A stretch of DNA of 64,000 nt from Elusimicrobiota bacterium. GTDB taxonomy: Bacteria > Elusimicrobiota > Elusimicrobia > Elusimicrobiales > UBA9959. The notes below the pieces were generated by a model that was not told the origin of the DNA, ran no database searches, and worked only from the letters and a program-made list of their open reading frames with translations. How positions within the stretch are numbered: the first letter of the stretch is position 1; the number at the start of each line of letters is the position of its first letter. A program made the translations under genes and the position numbers. The DNA lies in the NCBI GenBank assembly GCA_036574205.1, contig JAINCQ010000018.1, forward strand, positions 64,001 to 128,000, given 5' to 3'. Shown here piece by piece: positions 39,882 to 50,161 of the stretch.

Positions 39882-41048
39882 ATGAATATTGAATATCAGA
39901 TTGAGTTAATAAAAAGAGGTATAGTTGAGATAGTTTCAGAAGAAGAGCTTATAGAAAAACTTAAAGAAAACAGGCCTCTTGTTGTTAAATTAGGGGTTGA
40001 TCCTACAAGCCCTGATTTACATCTTGGACATAGTGTTGTTTTAAACAAACTAAGACAGTTTCAGGATCTTGGGCATAAAGCGGTATTGATAATCGGAGAT
40101 TTTACATCTCAGGTTGGAGATCCAAGTGGGAGAGATTCAACAAGACCTATTCTGCCATATGAAAAAATAATGGAAAATGCTAAAACCTATAGCGAGCAGG
40201 CTTTTAAAATACTTGATAGAAATAAAACTGAGATAAGGTTTAATTCTGAATGGCTTAAAAATTTTGTTAGTTTCAATCAGAATAGCCTGAAATTCTTTGA
40301 AGTTGCTAAAAATATAACAATATCAAGACTTCTGGAAAGAGAAGATTTCAAAAATAGAATGAAGAATGAAGATCCAATTAGTTTGCTTGAAATTCTCTAT
40401 CCAATTTTCCAGGGATATGATTCGGTAGCTGTAAAAGCGGATGTAGAGTTAGGTGGACAGGACCAGATATTTAATCTGCTTGTTGGAAGAGATTTACAGA
40501 AGATGTATTCAATGAAACCTCAGATATGTATAACAGTTCCCTTGCTTGTAGGAACTGATGGTATTAAAAAAATGTCAAAATCTTATAAAAACTATATAGC
40601 CTTTAATGATACTCCCGATGATATTTTTGGCAAGGTTATGTCTATAAATGATGAGTTAATGTATAAATATTATGAACTTTTGACAGATAAAAATATGGAT
40701 GAGTTAAAAAAGATTCATCCTATGGAAGCTAAAAAAAATCTTGCTTTCTTAATGGTTGAACGATTTTATAACAAAGAAGAAGCTTTAAAAGCTAAAGAAA
40801 ATTTTGAAAAGGTTTTTTCAAAAAAAGAAATCCCTGAAAATATTGATGAGTTTGTTTTATCTAAACCAATGAAAATTTCTGAAATATTAAAGGCATCTGG
40901 AATAGCTAAAAGCAATAATGAAGCAAGAAGATTTATAGAAAATGGCGCGGTAAAGATTGATGGCGAAAAAATTCTTGAGGATAAAATAATTAATGAAAAG
41001 AATATAGTTATTCAATGTGGTAAAAGACATTTCAGGAGGTTAATATAA
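39882..41048 (+). CDS. tyrS: Tyrosine--tRNA ligase
   Basis: [19 protein letters not shown]-terminal S4 domain. Confidence 0.97.
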   Translation: MNIEYQIELIKRGIVEIVSEEELIEKLKENRPLVVKLGVDPTSPDLHLGHSVVLNKLRQFQDLGHKAVLIIGDFTSQVGDPSGRDSTRPILPYEKIMENAKTYSEQAFKILDRNKTEIRFNSEWLKNFVSFNQNSLKFFEVAKNITISRLLEREDFKNRMKNEDPISLLEILYPIFQGYDSVAVKADVELGGQDQIFNLLVGRDLQKMYSMKPQICITVPLLVGTDGIKKMSKSYKNYIAFNDTPDDIFGKVMSINDELMYKYYELLTDKNMDELKKIHPMEAKKNLAFLMVERFYNKEEALKAKENFEKVFSKKEIPENIDEFVLSKPMKISEILKASGIAKSNNEARRFIENGAVKIDGEKILEDKIINEKNIVIQCGKRHFRRLI

Positions 41049-41049
41049 A

Positions 41050-41880
41050 ATGAATTTGATTATAATTCCTTTAATTTTTATACATAATTTTTTATTTTCA
41101 CAATTGTATGCTCAGGACATAAGTCAATATAAGAAGATGATAGAAGAAGCATTAAAAGCTCAGGACTCATCTGGAGTCGATGTTGATATAAGGATTGAAA
41201 GAGTAACTGGGGATGTAAAGGTTGTTTCTCAAGATGGAGAAGAAATTTCGCTTACAGATTCATATCAATACCCGCTTGAAATAGGCGATATAATAAAAAC
41301 TGGATATAATGGAGGAGCTAACATATATATAGATAATTTTGGGATAATAAGATTGGATAGAAATTCTGAATTTGAAGTATCCGATACATCAAACGATATG
41401 ATATTTACCCTTAATTTTGGAGCAATAATATCAAAAATAGAAAAATTAGCTAAGAAGATGACTCTTAAAGTTAAAACACCTGCTGCGGTTTGTGGAATAA
41501 GAGGAACTGAGTTTGCTATAGAGGTTTCAAAACTTGGCGGAGAAAGCTCTTTTGGAGTCTTTGATGAAGGAGAAATTCATGTCTATCCTGGTGAGGAGGA
41601 AAACGAACAACAGGTTTTAAAAGTGTTAAAAAATATGGAAGTGATGATAGATCCTAAGTCAAAAAGACAGAAAATAGTAAAAATTCAGAGAATGCTTAAA
41701 TTTAAAAGATATATTATTGAATCTAAAAATAAACTCATCACTCATAAAAGAAACTGGAAAAAATTTGATCTAATGCAAAGACAAAAATATAGAGAATTGC
41801 TTTTTAAACGTAAGACTTATCAGGAAAAAAACAGGATTAAATCTAATATTAAATCACAAAGAAAAAAAATTAAAAAATGA
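41050..41880 (+). CDS. Secreted FecR-domain protein
   Basis: Signal peptide, GDIIKTG, VKTPAAVCGIRGTEF. Confidence 0.82.
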   Translation: MNLIIIPLIFIHNFLFSQLYAQDISQYKKMIEEALKAQDSSGVDVDIRIERVTGDVKVVSQDGEEISLTDSYQYPLEIGDIIKTGYNGGANIYIDNFGIIRLDRNSEFEVSDTSNDMIFTLNFGAIISKIEKLAKKMTLKVKTPAAVCGIRGTEFAIEVSKLGGESSFGVFDEGEIHVYPGEEENEQQVLKVLKNMEVMIDPKSKRQKIVKIQRMLKFKRYIIESKNKLITHKRNWKKFDLMQRQKYRELLFKRKTYQEKNRIKSNIKSQRKKIKK

Positions 41881-42434
41881 GAACATTTATAGCATCCCAG
41901 CCAGATAAAATTTTTATTGATAAAATAACTCAATTTGAAAAATATTTAAAGGTAAATAGAATTATTGATAAAATAAAAATAGCTTCTTCTCAAAACATTC
42001 ATCTCACTTATATTTTTTTGGGAGATATTGTTGACGAAAAAAATATAAATAATATAAAAAGTATCTTTTCTAATTTTAATAATTTACCTAAAATTAGGTT
42101 TTCAGCTAAAAAATTAGGCTTTTTCCCGTGTTTACAAAACCCGAGGGTAATCTGGGCGGATATTGATAAATCGGCTTTTAATGCTCTTATAGATATATAT
42201 AAAACTATCAAAAAAACTTTGACAGATATTGGGATTTATTCTAATGAGGAATTTGTTCCACATATAACGCTTGGAAGGGTTAAAAAAAAGATATTTGAAA
42301 AGGAAATTACCTGTCTTAAATCTTTTGAGTTTAACCAGATGGATGGAATTTTTGAAAATATCGCTCTTTTTTCAAGTGTCCTGACTCCCTCAGGTCCTAT
42401 ATATAACAAGTTATTTGAGGTTAAACTTATATGA
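41877..42434 (+). CDS. thpR: RNA 2',3'-cyclic phosphodiesterase
   Basis: MRTFIA, HLTYIFLG and PHITLGR (2H motifs), SVLTPSGPIY. Confidence 0.9.
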   Translation: MRTFIASQPDKIFIDKITQFEKYLKVNRIIDKIKIASSQNIHLTYIFLGDIVDEKNINNIKSIFSNFNNLPKIRFSAKKLGFFPCLQNPRVIWADIDKSAFNALIDIYKTIKKTLTDIGIYSNEEFVPHITLGRVKKKIFEKEITCLKSFEFNQMDGIFENIALFSSVLTPSGPIYNKLFEVKLI

Positions 42435-43384
42435 AGAAGATAATTTTGACAATTATTGCTTTATTTTTAATTACTATTTTAATTTATTTTTTTATGCCAA
42501 GGGAAAGTGTTAAGGTTTTTATTCCTGAGGGCGCTAACGCTAATTCTATTGCAAAAATATTAAGATCTAATGGAGTAGTTATCTCCTCTTTTTATTTCAA
42601 AGCTCTTGTAAAACTCACAAAAACAGATAAAAGGATAAATCCTGGAGAATATGTTTTTATGAAATATAGTCCAGCTGAAATAGTCTTATATAGAATGTTA
42701 AACCAAAAATATTTAAACTCTATTAAAATTGTTATTCCTGAAGGGTGGCGCGCGGAACAGGTGAGTGAAAGACTTTTTAAAAATGGAGTTATAAAAAGCG
42801 AAAAGAGATTTATTGATATGGTAAAACAGCGGAAACTTGAAGGATATCTTTTCCCATCAACATATTTTTTTAACAAGAATATGAGCGAAGAAGAGGTTAT
42901 AAATCTTTTTCTTTCTACATTTGATAAAAATATAAGACCATTGTTTTCAAAATATCAATTATCAAAAGAAGAAGAGTATAAAACTTTAATAATTGCTTCA
43001 ATTGTTGAAAGAGAAGCTGTTTATGATGAAGAAAGGCCGCTTATAGCGGCGGTATATCTTAACAGACTTAAGAAAAAAATGCCACTTGAAGCAGATCCTA
43101 CTGTTCAATATGCCCTTGGATACTGGAAAAAAAATCTTACCCATGATGACCTTCAAACTCCTTCGCCATATAATACCTATTATGTTAGTGGACTTCCCCC
43201 CACTCCTATATGTTCTCCAGGCGTTAAATCTGTTGAAGCAGTTTTAAACCCTGCTCAAATAGATGCTATTTATTTTGTAGCTGATAATACTGGCAAGCAT
43301 ACCTTTAATGTTAAATACGATGAACATATAAAAGCTAAAGAAAAAGCCAGGCGAGAAAGATTAATTGGCAATAAAAATAAATAA
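42431..43384 (+). CDS. mltG: Endolytic transglycosylase MltG
   Basis: LEGYLFPSTY, ASIVERE, ADPTVQY, SPYNTY..GLPPTPI. Confidence 0.95.
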   Translation: MKKIILTIIALFLITILIYFFMPRESVKVFIPEGANANSIAKILRSNGVVISSFYFKALVKLTKTDKRINPGEYVFMKYSPAEIVLYRMLNQKYLNSIKIVIPEGWRAEQVSERLFKNGVIKSEKRFIDMVKQRKLEGYLFPSTYFFNKNMSEEEVINLFLSTFDKNIRPLFSKYQLSKEEEYKTLIIASIVEREAVYDEERPLIAAVYLNRLKKKMPLEADPTVQYALGYWKKNLTHDDLQTPSPYNTYYVSGLPPTPICSPGVKSVEAVLNPAQIDAIYFVADNTGKHTFNVKYDEHIKAKEKARRERLIGNKNK

Positions 43385-43403
43385 TATTTTTCAATAAATT
43401 AAT

Positions 43404-43674
43404 TGTAAGATATCTATATATGTTGGACTTTTTATGATTTTTAAATTGCTAATTTAAAAAACAATTTATTGGCGTTTTTCAATACCATAACATATAATCC
43501 ATAAGCCCTATCATTTACTCTATGTCATGAATATTACCTTTCGGGAAGGTTTAACTGTCATATACCCTCTCCTTTTTTGGAGAGGGTTGGGGTGAGGAGA
43601 TTTAATTTTTCACCCTCATCCTTCACCTTCCCCCATCAAGGGGGAAGGAACAATTTGATCTTCCCGGAAGGTAA
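43404..43674 (+). repeat. Composite repeat, copy 5 (empty for the 62-bp hairpin)
   Basis: TGTAAGATATCTATATATGTTGGA; internal module bounded by 15-bp inverted repeats TTACCTTTCGGGAAG (43534-43548) and CTTCCCGGAAGGTAA (43660-43674). Confidence 0.88.
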
Positions 43675-43842
43675 AAGATCTTCTTTTGTTGCACTAGCGT
43701 TTAAACTCGTGGTCAATTGATCACGGCACCTCATCGCTTGCGAACTTGCGCACGGTGGCTGTAGCAAAGCCAGAAGGAAAACATTGCCACGGATCGCCTC
43801 GTTCATACTGTATGAGTTAAGTAACCGATTGTGTTTTTATTT

Positions 43843-43916
43843 TGGAGCCGACCGGGATTGAACCGGCAACCTCCTCGTTGCGAACGAGGCGCTCTCCCCA
43901 ATTGAGCTACGGCCCC
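43843..43916 (-). tRNA. tRNA-Ala (anticodon CGC), CCA not encoded
   Basis: GGGGCCGTAGCTCAATTGGGGAGAGCGCCTCGTTCGCAACGAGGAGGTTGCCGGTTCAATCCCGGTCGGCTCCA; cloverleaf with the G3:U70 pair. Confidence 0.97.
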
Positions 43917-44011
43917 TTAAAAATCTCAGTTTTTATTCTGAGAGGTAGGTTTAAGTATTATTTTACTAAATTTTGTATAATTTTATATGAAATTGTCAAT
44001 GGAGGAATGTT

Positions 44012-44554
44012 ATGCCGTTGGATTATTTTCCATTAAAGGAAAAAACAAGGTATGAATATGAGTTTAAAAGTAGCGAGTTTGACGGGATTGCGAAAGTCTA
44101 TATAGATATTTTAAAAGTAAGTGTAAAGGGAAAGACTACAAGCGCTGATGCAAGAATGATATTTAATTTACGGGATGAACATATTAGTATGTTTAAAATA
44201 AAAAAAGATGGAAAATGGGTCATTACAACTGATGGAATAGTAGTTGGTGGAAGAAAGGAATTTCCTTTAAAGCCGAAAGAGGGATTTAAATGGGATGAGT
44301 ATCCAGATTCCAATGAAATAGTTTCAATGACAGATAAACTTTTAATAAAAGCCGGTAAATTTTCTAATTGTTTAAAGGTTTTAACTAAAATAGCGGGAGG
44401 AGATGCGGGAATGGCAACAAGATATTATGCTCCGGGGGTTGGTTATGTTATGGAGGTATATAACGCTGAAGATAAAAATTGTTTTGTTGAATTAGTTTCA
44501 GTTTCTAAATTAAAGGAAGAGGATATTGATATTAAAAAAAGGAAGAAAAGATGA
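44012..44554 (+). CDS. Hypothetical protein
   Basis: GGAGG SD; DYFPL...AGKFSNCLKV...YYAPGVG beta-sheet pattern; overlaps the asnS start. Confidence 0.75.
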   Translation: MPLDYFPLKEKTRYEYEFKSSEFDGIAKVYIDILKVSVKGKTTSADARMIFNLRDEHISMFKIKKDGKWVITTDGIVVGGRKEFPLKPKEGFKWDEYPDSNEIVSMTDKLLIKAGKFSNCLKVLTKIAGGDAGMATRYYAPGVGYVMEVYNAEDKNCFVELVSVSKLKEEDIDIKKRKKR

Positions 44555-45951
44555 AATCAAAAACAATAAAAGAATTTTTAAATTCTCCTTCCCCCATAAA
44601 TGATATAGTTGTTATGGGATGGATTAAAACAAGAAGAGACCTTAAAAACCAATCATTTGCAGAGCTAAATGATGGTTCTACCAGACAAAACCTTCAACTT
44701 GTCATAGACAATTTAGATCCAAAGTTTAAGAATATTTTACCCTATATTGTTAATGGGGCTTCAGTTAAAGTTTTTGGTGATTTAGTAAACTCTCCGGCTA
44801 AAGGACAGAAATATGAATTAAAGGTAAAAGATCTTTTCATTTTTGGAAAATGCGATCAGGAATCTTATCCAATTCAAAAGAAAAAAACTTCTGATGAGTT
44901 TTTACGAACAGTGGCTCATTTAAGAGTTAGAACGAATAAGTATTCGGCAATGCTTAGGATACGCTCTGAATTAAGTTTTGCCATACACAAATATTTTAGG
45001 GATAATGGTTTTTTTTATGTTCATACTCCGATAATAACAGCTTCTGATTGTGAGGGCGCCGGACAGATGTTTTCTGTATCAGCTTTTGATATAGGAAACC
45101 TTAAAAATTTACCTGTTGATAAGCAGGGAAATATCGATTTTTCCAGAGATCTTTTTGGAAGAAGGACGTATCTTACAGTATCAGGACAATTAGAAGGAGA
45201 AACATTAGCGCTTGGACTTGGCAAAATTTATACCTTTGGACCTACTTTTAGAGCAGAAAACTCAAATACTTATAGGCATGCAAGTGAATTCTGGATGGTA
45301 GAACCTGAGATGGCTTTTTATGATATTTATGATGATATGGAATTAGCTGAAGATTTTGTAAAGTCCATAACAAAAGATGTTCTTAAAAACTGTGAGCTGG
45401 ATATAGATCTTTTTGCTAAATTTGTTGAACCAAATCTTATGAATAACTTAAAGAATGTTATTGAAACTAGCTACGAAAGGTTGACATATACAGATGCAGT
45501 TAAAATACTTGAAAAAGAAAACTCAAGATTTGAAAATAAAGTTAGTTGGGGGGTCGATTTAGCAAGCGAGCATGAAAGATTTTTGGTTGAACAATATTTT
45601 AAAAAACCTGTTATAATTTATAACAAGCCTAAGAATGTTGCTGCTTTTTATATGAAATTAAATGATGATGGAAAAACGGTAAGAGGAATGGATTTGCTTG
45701 TCCCAAGAATTGGAGAGCTTATTGGTGGTAGTGAAAGGGAAGAAAGGCTTGATGTTCTGATAGAAAAAATGAAAGAATTTAAAATGAGTCTTGATTCATA
45801 CTGGTGGTATCTTGATTTAAGAAGATTTGGAACTGTTCCTCATAGCGGCTTTGGACTTGGTTTTGAAAGAATGATGATGCTTGTAACAGGAATAAGTAAT
45901 ATAAGGGATGTTTGCGCATATCCAAGAGTTCCGGGATATGCTGAATTTTAA
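44551..45951 (+). CDS. asnS: Asparagine--tRNA ligase
   Basis: YLTVSGQL, FGPTFRAENS, EFWMVEPE, PHSGFGLGFER. Confidence 0.97.
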   Translation: MKSKTIKEFLNSPSPINDIVVMGWIKTRRDLKNQSFAELNDGSTRQNLQLVIDNLDPKFKNILPYIVNGASVKVFGDLVNSPAKGQKYELKVKDLFIFGKCDQESYPIQKKKTSDEFLRTVAHLRVRTNKYSAMLRIRSELSFAIHKYFRDNGFFYVHTPIITASDCEGAGQMFSVSAFDIGNLKNLPVDKQGNIDFSRDLFGRRTYLTVSGQLEGETLALGLGKIYTFGPTFRAENSNTYRHASEFWMVEPEMAFYDIYDDMELAEDFVKSITKDVLKNCELDIDLFAKFVEPNLMNNLKNVIETSYERLTYTDAVKILEKENSRFENKVSWGVDLASEHERFLVEQYFKKPVIIYNKPKNVAAFYMKLNDDGKTVRGMDLLVPRIGELIGGSEREERLDVLIEKMKEFKMSLDSYWWYLDLRRFGTVPHSGFGLGFERMMMLVTGISNIRDVCAYPRVPGYAEF

Positions 45952-45979
45952 AATAATAATTTTTAACTGGAGATAGATT

Positions 45980-46534
45980 ATGAATAGAGAAAAAGCATTG
46001 TCATTATTAAAGCAATATGTAAAAAATGATAATTTAATTAAACATTGTTTAGCCGCAGAGTCAGTTATGAGAGAACTTGCTTTAAAATTAAATCAAGATC
46101 CTCAAAAATGGGGTTTAGCTGGACTTTTACATGATATAGATGTAGAAGTTACTGGTGGAGATCTTAAAACTCATACACATAAAGCAGTTGAGATTTTAAA
46201 GGAAAATAATATCTCAGATGAAGTCATAGAATCTATAAAAATGCATAACTGCCATGCATGGGAGAAAAAATCTGAAGAAGTTTTTCATATAGCATTGCGT
46301 GCAGCAGAGACAATAACTGGTTTGATTGTTGCAACTGCTTTAGTTTATCCTGATAAAAAATTATCTTCTGTTAAGGTTGAATCTATTTTGAAAAGATTTA
46401 AAGATAAAAGATTTGCTGCTGGAGCAGATAGAGAAACGATAAAAGAATGTGAAAAATTAGGATTCTCTCTAAATGATTTTGCAGCCATCTCTCTTTCAGC
46501 AATGCAAAAAATTGCGGGCGAGTTGGGATTATAA
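45980..46534 (+). CDS. HDIG-domain phosphohydrolase
   Basis: HCLA...GLLHDID...FAAGADR. Confidence 0.88.
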   Translation: MNREKALSLLKQYVKNDNLIKHCLAAESVMRELALKLNQDPQKWGLAGLLHDIDVEVTGGDLKTHTHKAVEILKENNISDEVIESIKMHNCHAWEKKSEEVFHIALRAAETITGLIVATALVYPDKKLSSVKVESILKRFKDKRFAAGADRETIKECEKLGFSLNDFAAISLSAMQKIAGELGL

Positions 46535-46546
46535 TTAATAAAAAAT

Positions 46547-46572
46547 AAAGGGCTTCATTAGAAAAGCCCTTT
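46547..46572. terminator. Probable bidirectional intrinsic terminator
   Basis: AAAGGGCTT/AAGCCCTTT stem between convergent genes. Confidence 0.6.
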
Positions 46573-46717
46573 CATTAAATTGAGGGATGCGCTTTATCCC
46601 CTTTTATTTATTACCCTTACTGCTACTGTCGCCGTTATCACCTTGTCTATTTCTTATGATTTTTGCCAGAAGTTAATTAATTTAATTTTGTATTATGAAT
46701 AAGAAAAATGGTTTTGT

Positions 46718-47578
46718 TTAAAATAACGTCAATATACTGCTTTCACCAGTTTTAATTGTATTTTCTATCCAGGTTTTTACCGCGCTTACTTTTGAATATA
46801 CTCCATATTTCCCCTCTCTTGCGCATCCTTCTCCCCAGCTAACAACCCCAACAAGATATGCTTTAGATGAAGTTTTATATACCAGTGGCCCTCCACTGTC
46901 TCCCTGACATGAGTCTTTTCCACCGGTTGCATATCCTGCGCAAATCATTCTATCAGTTATTTGATTGGGGTATGCTTTTGAGCATGTTGTTTTAGAAACT
47001 AATGGAAGAGTTACTTTTTGAAGAGTATTGGAAATATCTCCATCTTCTTTGGTTAATCCCCATCCTGCAACGGTTAAATTGGTTCCTTCTATTAGTTCCA
47101 GTGTTATTAAATCAATAGTTGGCGAAGTAGATTTAGCATTTAATTTAATCAAAGCATAATCATAATCCATAACATCAGAATTCCAGTTTGGATGCTTTAT
47201 TATTTTTACTGGAGAAAACCTCTGTCCTATATCAGATAAATTTGTTATTCCAGTAACTATTGTGGTAGGCGTTATTCCATCTACGCAGTGAGCTGCTGTT
47301 AAAACCCAATCCGGAGCTATTAAAGACCCTCCGCAAAAGTGGCCGTAATAGTAATGCTGAAGGGAAACTATATATGGAAATTCTGAGTTTTGAGCGCTAA
47401 CGCCTCCAACAATCTTTGAAATTTTATTTGTTTCTTCAATAAAAGAATTTGGTTGAGGGATCTCAACTTTTGGAATCTGAAGTTTTGTAGGATTGTCAAA
47501 ATTTAAATCCTGCGATGTTAGTATTTGATAGTTTAAAATAGCCCAGATTATAAGTATTGTTTTCTTTATTTTTCTCAT
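46718..47578 (-). CDS. Secreted trypsin-like serine protease (S1A)
   Basis: Signal and propeptide, IVGG, LTAAHC, DYALI, DSCQGDSGGP, VSWGEGC. Confidence 0.95.
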   Translation of the reverse strand: MRKIKKTILIIWAILNYQILTSQDLNFDNPTKLQIPKVEIPQPNSFIEETNKISKIVGGVSAQNSEFPYIVSLQHYYYGHFCGGSLIAPDWVLTAAHCVDGITPTTIVTGITNLSDIGQRFSPVKIIKHPNWNSDVMDYDYALIKLNAKSTSPTIDLITLELIEGTNLTVAGWGLTKEDGDISNTLQKVTLPLVSKTTCSKAYPNQITDRMICAGYATGGKDSCQGDSGGPLVYKTSSKAYLVGVVSWGEGCAREGKYGVYSKVSAVKTWIENTIKTGESSILTLF

Positions 47579-47645
47579 AATTCCTCCATATTTATGTTTT
47601 AATTATTTATTTTATTTTTTCAAGTACAAAACGACTAAATCAATT

Positions 47646-47661
47646 TAGGCCTTAAGTCCTA
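47646..47661. promoter_or_regulatory. Palindromic operator-like site TAGGCCTTAAGTCCTA
   Basis: 14/16 palindrome, 68-83 nt upstream of the protease ATG; a near-identical site lies at 55219-55234. Confidence 0.55.
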
Positions 47662-48809
47662 TGGTAAAGTTGTTTTTCCCATTGTCCAAAAGCGAGTTTT
47701 TGAGCAGTTAAAGAGGAAAGATATCTTCTTAATTCTTTATCTAATGGTTTGGGTTTAAGATTTTCAAATCCTGTTTGCGGTAGTGGCATAAAATAGTGTA
47801 TATGTATCCTTGCATTGTATTTTTTTGTCAAAATCTCTATTCCATTTTTTGTAATATTTATATCTTCTTCTGTTTCAAATGGAAAACCGAATATAAAGTC
47901 AACATCTACATCAAATCCATATTTTTTTAATAGACTGACTGCTTTTATAACATCATCCGCAGAATGTCCTCTGTTTATTTTTTTAAGTATTCTATCACTT
48001 AAACTTTGCGCCCCTATTATTATTCTTTTACTTGATGTATTACCTTTAAGTATTTCACAAAAATCGTGATTTACATGTTCTGGTCTTATTTCTGAAGGAA
48101 AACTTCCCATAAAAACCCTGCCTTTTCCTTTAATGGTTTTATTAACAGAGCAAACTAATTCATTAATTTTTTTATAATCTGGTTTGCCGTTTTCACTACC
48201 ATAAGATGAAAGATCCGGGGTAATAAATCTTATATCTCTAAAATTATTTCTTAGTAATATTTCTATTTCTTTTAAGATATTTTCTAATTTTTTATGCCTT
48301 TGTTTAAAACCAAATATAGAAGGGGTCTGGCAGTATAAACATCTATGTAAACAGCCTCTTGTTATCTCAATAGAACCAAACCTTTTGTATTTTTCCGATA
48401 TAGAAGAAAACTGGTTTATATCAACTAATTTGGATGATTTAATTATTTTTTCATGTCTTTTGTCTAACAGGAAATCTCTCAGCGAAATTTCGCCTTCACC
48501 TATAAATAAATGATTGAATGTTTCGCTAAGTTCTTTTGTATTTTTATCTGTTATGTGAGGCCCTCCGGCTATAAGTGTAATTTTAGAGAATTTATTTGAT
48601 ATAAATTTTGCTAATGATAATTCAGATTTATTATTATAACTCATAAATGAAAATGCTATGACTGTATTTTTTTCGTTTTTAATTTTTTCTTCTATCTCAT
48701 TAAAACTTGAAAAAAAATATATATTTAACCCATTTATGTTTTCAATAGCGCTTGTGAGAGAGTTTATTGAATATTTATTCGTATTTGTGGAGTGAAAATA
48801 TATATCCAT
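47652..48809 (-). CDS. B12-binding/radical SAM protein (TIGR04013-like)
   Basis: AGGPH, GEGE, EITRGCLHRCLYCQTP, SFPSEIRPE. Confidence 0.85.
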   Translation of the reverse strand: MDIYFHSTNTNKYSINSLTSAIENINGLNIYFFSSFNEIEEKIKNEKNTVIAFSFMSYNNKSELSLAKFISNKFSKITLIAGGPHITDKNTKELSETFNHLFIGEGEISLRDFLLDKRHEKIIKSSKLVDINQFSSISEKYKRFGSIEITRGCLHRCLYCQTPSIFGFKQRHKKLENILKEIEILLRNNFRDIRFITPDLSSYGSENGKPDYKKINELVCSVNKTIKGKGRVFMGSFPSEIRPEHVNHDFCEILKGNTSSKRIIIGAQSLSDRILKKINRGHSADDVIKAVSLLKKYGFDVDVDFIFGFPFETEEDINITKNGIEILTKKYNARIHIHYFMPLPQTGFENLKPKPLDKELRRYLSSLTAQKLAFGQWEKQLYHRT

Positions 48810-49295
48810 TTACTCAAAAAATTTCAGCACTGATTTTAAGGCTTTTTTAAGGTAGTGTAAATCAATTCTGTCAAAATTAGATAATTTTTCAGAATCTATA
48901 TCCAATACAGCTGTAACAGATTTTTTAGAATTTAATATGGGTATGACTATTTCAGATCTTGATTTAGAGGAACATGCTATATGTCCGGGAAACTTATTGA
49001 CATCTTTAACAATAATAGCTTTTTTTCTTTTCCATGAAGTTCCACATACGCCTTTTCCATAAGGGATTCTTGAACAGGCTACAGGTCCCTGAAAGGGACC
49101 TAACACAAGAAAATCTCCTTTGACAAAGTATATCCCTGTCCATAAAAAATTAAATGTAAAATGGATTGCGGATAGGAAATTTGATAAGCCAGATATCATG
49201 TCAGTCTCATCTGATAAAAGATGCTTTATCTGTGAAATAAGATTTTCATATTTTTCTTTTTTTGTGGTTCCTATTATCGTTATTTCTTTAGCCAT
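48810..49295 (-). CDS. msrC: GAF-domain free methionine-R-sulfoxide reductase
   Basis: LGPFQGPVAC, GKGVCG, FPGHIACS, LDIDS. Confidence 0.88.
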   Translation of the reverse strand: MAKEITIIGTTKKEKYENLISQIKHLLSDETDMISGLSNFLSAIHFTFNFLWTGIYFVKGDFLVLGPFQGPVACSRIPYGKGVCGTSWKRKKAIIVKDVNKFPGHIACSSKSRSEIVIPILNSKKSVTAVLDIDSEKLSNFDRIDLHYLKKALKSVLKFFE

Positions 49296-50158
49296 TTTAA
49301 ATACGCCTCTTCCGCTTTATATGAGCTCCTTGCAAAAGGCATTGAGATAACAGATTTTATCCCTATTTGTCTGGCATATTCTCCTAAAATTTCAAATTCT
49401 TCTGGAGTATAATATTTTTTTACTGGATGATGTAATGGTGAAGGAGAAAGGTACTGACCTATTACAATTATATCACAATTATTATCTTTAAGGTCTTTTA
49501 TTGTTTGTTTTATTTCTTCAATTTCTTCCCCCATACCAATTATTATTGAAGACTTAGTGGGAATTTTTGGATTTATTTTTTTTGAACTTCTAAGTAGATT
49601 TAATGATCCTTCATAAGACGAATTCGGCCTTATTATTGGATAAAGACGTTTAACGGTTTCTATGTTATGAGAAAGTACTGATGGCATTGCATCAAGAACT
49701 TTTTTCAAAGAGTCATCTTTAAATTTAAAATCCGGAATTAATGGCTCTATATAAGTTTCTGGTGAAATTCTCCTGATTTCTTTTATGGTATTTGCAAACT
49801 GATCGGCACCACCGTCTGGAAGGTCATCCCTTGTTGGGGATGTAAAAACTGCATACCTTATTTTCCATTTTTTTATTAATCCAGCTATTTTCTTAGGTTC
49901 ATTTAAATCAACAGGATCGGGTTTGCCTTTTGAAACATTACAAAACTTACAATTTCTTGTACATATGGTTCCAAGTATAAGAAAAGTAGCATGTTTGTTT
50001 TTAAAACATTCACCTTTATTGGGACATAAGGCTTCATAACATATGGTATTGGTAGTATATTCTTTAATATCTTTTCTAATAAGTATTGAGTTATCTGAAA
50101 AATTGAATTCTTTTTTGTTTTCTTTTGCTTTTTCAATTATCCATTTAGGATAGCGCAT
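49280..50158 (-). CDS. lipA: Lipoyl synthase
   Basis: CYEALCPNKGEC, CTRNCKFC, RSSY. Confidence 0.95.
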   Translation of the reverse strand: MRYPKWIIEKAKENKKEFNFSDNSILIRKDIKEYTTNTICYEALCPNKGECFKNKHATFLILGTICTRNCKFCNVSKGKPDPVDLNEPKKIAGLIKKWKIRYAVFTSPTRDDLPDGGADQFANTIKEIRRISPETYIEPLIPDFKFKDDSLKKVLDAMPSVLSHNIETVKRLYPIIRPNSSYEGSLNLLRSSKKINPKIPTKSSIIIGMGEEIEEIKQTIKDLKDNNCDIIVIGQYLSPSPLHHPVKKYYTPEEFEILGEYARQIGIKSVISMPFARSSYKAEEAYLKWLKK

Positions 50159-50161
50159 ATT

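Noticed and set aside
43404..43916. Prophage or ICE integrated at tRNA-Ala
   Set aside because: No integrase and no duplicated tRNA 3' end were seen in the window.
43842..44036. 64-aa ORF (MEPTGIEPATS...)
   Set aside because: Typical antisense translation of a tRNA gene.
46583..46670. Possible gene remnant on the minus strand (EIDKVITATVAVRVINKRG)
   Set aside because: Too short, with no start and no recognisable family.
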